NCBI GenBank assembly: GCA_963727455.1
Contig: CAVSGG010000008.1
Location: 288,001 to 352,000, forward strand
Reading direction: 5' to 3'
Source of the DNA: Candidatus Krumholzibacteriota bacterium
Lineage (GTDB): Bacteria > Krumholzibacteriota > Krumholzibacteriia > JAJRXK01
Length of the DNA stretch: 64,000 bases
Shown here piece after piece: positions 60,988 to 64,000 of the stretch (the stretch's first letter is position 1; each line of letters starts with the position of its first letter). The position numbers and the translations under genes are program-made. The notes under the pieces were generated by a model. It was not told where the DNA came from and ran no database searches. It was given only the letters and a program-made list of their open reading frames with translations.

Positions 60988-62513
60988 TCTCCACCTCCCA
61001 GCCGAAGGGCGGGAAGATGGGACCAGGGACCGGGAATCTCCTGCCCGACTGCGGCTTGCCCTCGGCGCGGCGCGGCAAGTGAGGCACGGCTCAAAACGGC
61101 GGCGGCAACGGCCAGCGCCGCAGAATCCTCGCCCTTGCCGGTATCACTTCCCGACTTCCAGTCCTTGAAGTGCTGCGGCAAGAAGCCGGTGTGGGTATGG
61201 CCCTCAGCGAACTGCGGGTGCGCCAGGATCGCGTGGAGGTAGGAAAGATTGCTTCCCACTCCCAACAGGACAGTTTCTGAAAGGGTCTGCAGCATACGGC
61301 GCCTGGCAGCGTCGCGATCCTCCGCCCAGGTGGAGAGCTTTGCAATGAGGGGATCGTAGTACAGAGAGATTTCGGCGCCGGTGGTGATCCCAGTGTCCAC
61401 CCGAACTCCCGGTCCCGCGGCGGCCTCGAAGAGAAGCACCTTGCCGGTACGGGGCATAAAATTCTCCGAGGGATCCTCCGCGTAGAGTCGCGCCTCGATG
61501 CTGTGCCCGCGTGAACGGATGTCCTCCTGCTTCAGTCTGAGTGCATCCCCCTGCGCAACGTGAATCTGTTGGACTACGAGGTCAACTCCGGTCACCCATT
61601 CGGTAACCGGGTGCTCCACCTGTAGACGCGTGTTCATCTCCAGAAAGAAGAACTCGCCGCTCTCGTCCAAAAGCATCTCGACCGTCCCCGCGCCAGTGTA
61701 CGAAACCGCGCGCGCAGCTCGAACCGCAGTCTCGTGCATCCGCGCGCGGAGTGAATCGTCCAATGAGGGCGCCGGTGATTCCTCGATGATTTTCTGATGA
61801 CGGCGCTGAATCGAACACTCGCGTTCCCCGAGATGCAGGACCTCTCCCTGAGTATCCCCCAGCACCTGCACTTCGATGTGGCGCGGCCGGGTGAGCAGCC
61901 GCTCCAGATAGACTTCTTCGTTGCCGAAAGCCGAGAGAGCTTCGCGTCGCGCCGCGGCCACCGCATCGCTCAGGTCCTTGGGTTCCTCTACCGCGCGCAT
62001 TCCCTTGCCGCCACCGCCGGCCGAGGCCTTTACGAGCAGAGGAAAACCGACGCTTTCCGCCGCCTTCATGATCTCCGAGCTCGACGCTTCGGCCCCGAGC
62101 AGGGCGCCGGGAACCACCGGAACTCCGGCCTCCTCCATGCGCGCCCGCGCGCGCGTCTTGAGACCCATCTCCTCGATGACTTCTGGCGTGGGTCCAATGA
62201 AGGTCAGGCCGGCGTCCGCGCACGCCTGGGCGAACTGGGCATTTTCGGCCAAGAACCCGTATCCGGGATGGATCGCGTCGCATCGGGTGGTACGCGCTGC
62301 CTCCAAAATTCTGTCGATCACCAGATAGCTCTTGCTGGCCTCCGCCTCGCCAATCATCACGAGCTCGTCGGCCAGTTGTGCATGGAGAGCGAAACGATCG
62401 ACATGGCTCGCGACCGCTACGCAAGAGATGCCGAGTTCGTGACAGGCTCGGATCACGCGTACCGCAATTTCCCCTCGGTTTGCGATCAAAATGCGGCGGA
62501 TCGGCTGGCTCAT
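60984..62513 (-). CDS. Biotin carboxylase subunit (methylcrotonyl/geranyl-CoA carboxylase alpha-like)
   Basis: IANRGEIA, HPGYGFLAEN, GGGGKGMR, RECSIQRRHQK, EMNTRLQVEHPVTE. Confidence 0.93.
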   Translation of the reverse strand: MSQPIRRILIANRGEIAVRVIRACHELGISCVAVASHVDRFALHAQLADELVMIGEAEASKSYLVIDRILEAARTTRCDAIHPGYGFLAENAQFAQACADAGLTFIGPTPEVIEEMGLKTRARARMEEAGVPVVPGALLGAEASSSEIMKAAESVGFPLLVKASAGGGGKGMRAVEEPKDLSDAVAAARREALSAFGNEEVYLERLLTRPRHIEVQVLGDTQGEVLHLGERECSIQRRHQKIIEESPAPSLDDSLRARMHETAVRAARAVSYTGAGTVEMLLDESGEFFFLEMNTRLQVEHPVTEWVTGVDLVVQQIHVAQGDALRLKQEDIRSRGHSIEARLYAEDPSENFMPRTGKVLLFEAAAGPGVRVDTGITTGAEISLYYDPLIAKLSTWAEDRDAARRRMLQTLSETVLLGVGSNLSYLHAILAHPQFAEGHTHTGFLPQHFKDWKSGSDTGKGEDSAALAVAAAVLSRASLAAPRRGQAAVGQEIPGPWSHLPALRLGGGE

Positions 62514-63307
62514 TCTTCCTCCTCGAATTCAGCCGCCCACTTCGTCTGACGTCTTGCGAAGTAGGCATCGAAGCCCTCTTTGGCCTCGTCGGTTGCGCGC
62601 TGGGCAGCAATGTACTCGGGAGTGATTTCCACGGCTTTCGACAGGGGCAAGGAGCCAATTTCGTCCAGGAGCCGCTTGCACGCAGACTGCGCCAGCGGTC
62701 CTCCCTGGCTCAGCTCCTTCAACACGACGTCGACCGTTGCATCCAGTTCCTCCAGAGAGGCGATCTCGTCCACCAGGCCGAGTCGCTGCGCCTTTTCGGC
62801 CGTGAAGATCTGCGTGCTCAAGAACAGAGTGCGGCAGACCCCCGGTCCCAGACGCCTCAGTACGAAGGGCGAGATCACCGCGGGGAGGATCCCCAAGCGC
62901 GCCTCGGTCAGACCGAACTTCGTTCCTTTAGCGGCAACGACCACGTCGGCTGCGGCGACCAGCCCCAGACCTCCACCGATCGCTGCGCCTTGAACCCGGG
63001 CGACAACCGGTTTGGGACAGGAGGAAATGGCTTCGTAGAGCCCGCTCAGGGTCCGCGCGTCGGCGAGATTATCTTCATGATCGTAGCCGGCGAGACGACG
63101 CATGTAGCCGATGTCCGCGCCGGCACAAAAGGACTTTCCCTCACCTCTCAGGAGCACGAAGCGCACGGCGGAATCCGCTGCAGCTGCGCGAATGCCCTCG
63201 CTGAGTTCCTGGATGAGTTCTTCGTCGAGCGCGTTGCGGATTTCCGGTCGGTTTAAAGAGAGTATCCGCGTACTACCCTTGGCATCTTGGATCAGTTTGT
63301 CGCTCAT
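62510..63307 (-). CDS. Enoyl-CoA hydratase (methylglutaconyl-CoA hydratase LiuC-like)
   Basis: LNRPE.RNA, FCAGAD, GGGLGL, LTEARLGILPA.ISP. Confidence 0.88.
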   Translation of the reverse strand: MSDKLIQDAKGSTRILSLNRPEIRNALDEELIQELSEGIRAAAADSAVRFVLLRGEGKSFCAGADIGYMRRLAGYDHEDNLADARTLSGLYEAISSCPKPVVARVQGAAIGGGLGLVAAADVVVAAKGTKFGLTEARLGILPAVISPFVLRRLGPGVCRTLFLSTQIFTAEKAQRLGLVDEIASLEELDATVDVVLKELSQGGPLAQSACKRLLDEIGSLPLSKAVEITPEYIAAQRATDEAKEGFDAYFARRQTKWAAEFEEEE

Positions 63308-64000
63308 GCCTCGTCTCCTCGCGTCGAATCCGCCGCACTCACCAGCGCCTCGTCCACCTCGAACTCCATGGCCAAGAGCGCATGGGAATAGGTCTTCCCC
63401 TGAGCATCGATGTGTAGTGAGAAGGTCCCTCCTCCTCCCAGTGATTCGAAGAGGAGAAAGTTCAACGCATGTAGGTTGGGAACCTCGAAGCGCTTGACTC
63501 CACCATGAACGATTCCCTCAAAGCGCCGCTGGACCGTCTCTTCCGTGAGTGTCTCCTTCAACCAGGGAAAGATACTCGGATGTCGGGCAATCACCCCAAT
63601 GTTGCTGGTATCACCTTTGTCGCCGCTGCGTCCGTGGGCAAGCCGGCGCAGCGGCACTTTGACGAGTCTACCACTGGCGCGCGGGACTTCGGCCCCGGAA
63701 AGTTCCGCTTCCACCGGGCAGCGTCCGTCGCCCGTGCCCTTGCCGAAAGAGACTTCCACTTTCTCCGTGCCGGCCGCATCGGAAACCTCCACCAGGGCCT
63801 TGCATCGGCTTCGGGGAATCAGACAGGGCCAGTATCCGACGACTTCTTGTACCCGCGGCCTCCCTCCGGTGACGGCCACCCCGGGAGGTCCCGAGAGGAT
63901 CAGGGCCGCGAGCATTTTGGAAAACGCCGTGATCTTTTGACGGCTGCGGTCTCGGACGCTCATGCGTAGGTAGATCTCGCTGGCCTCGTGGGTGGGCGAC
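63304..64000 (-). CDS. Acyclic terpene utilization AtuA-family protein, C-terminal part (5' end outside window)
   Basis: GPPG, GRP, HGRSGDKGD..NIG, ALNF, LGGGG..SL..D.QGK. Confidence 0.85.
   Translation of the reverse strand, partial: SPTHEASEIYLRMSVRDRSRQKITAFSKMLAALILSGPPGVAVTGGRPRVQEVVGYWPCLIPRSRCKALVEVSDAAGTEKVEVSFGKGTGDGRCPVEAELSGAEVPRASGRLVKVPLRRLAHGRSGDKGDTSNIGVIARHPSIFPWLKETLTEETVQRRFEGIVHGGVKRFEVPNLHALNFLLFESLGGGGTFSLHIDAQGKTYSHALLAMEFEVDEALVSAADSTRGDEA

Overview
A GC-rich bacterial chromosomal window with about 60 genes. No rRNA, tRNA or CRISPR array was seen. Secreted proteins ending in an FlgD-Ig-type domain, together with futalosine-pathway mqnD, suggest an FCB-affiliated candidate phylum such as Krumholzibacteriota, Eisenbacteria or Latescibacterota (inference only). 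In order, the window holds: the 3' end of a cytochrome c maturation operon (ccmF...ccmABCD); a 2Fe-2S ferredoxin; mqnD; a rimB-rimK(RCK_C fusion)-deacylase-PP2C-kinase operon; a multiheme cytochrome lipoprotein; a kamA + two Ddl-like ligases + GNAT/HDAC fusion + GNAT operon; pyk; a ClC channel; pstSCAB; a tandemly duplicated and frameshifted cohesin/dockerin/FlgD-domain gene; nrdJ with tandem NrdR boxes; arsC; a patatin beta-barrel protein; a DAK2-DegV fusion; an HNH nuclease gene bracketed by TCTACCCGGGTA(G/C)A palindromes; an archaeal-type HMG-CoA synthase/thiolase/DUF35 triad; hipBA with visible operators; and an atuA/liu-like carboxylase cluster. The best candidates for an undescribed system are the palindrome-flanked HNH element and the kamA/ATP-grasp/acetylation operon.
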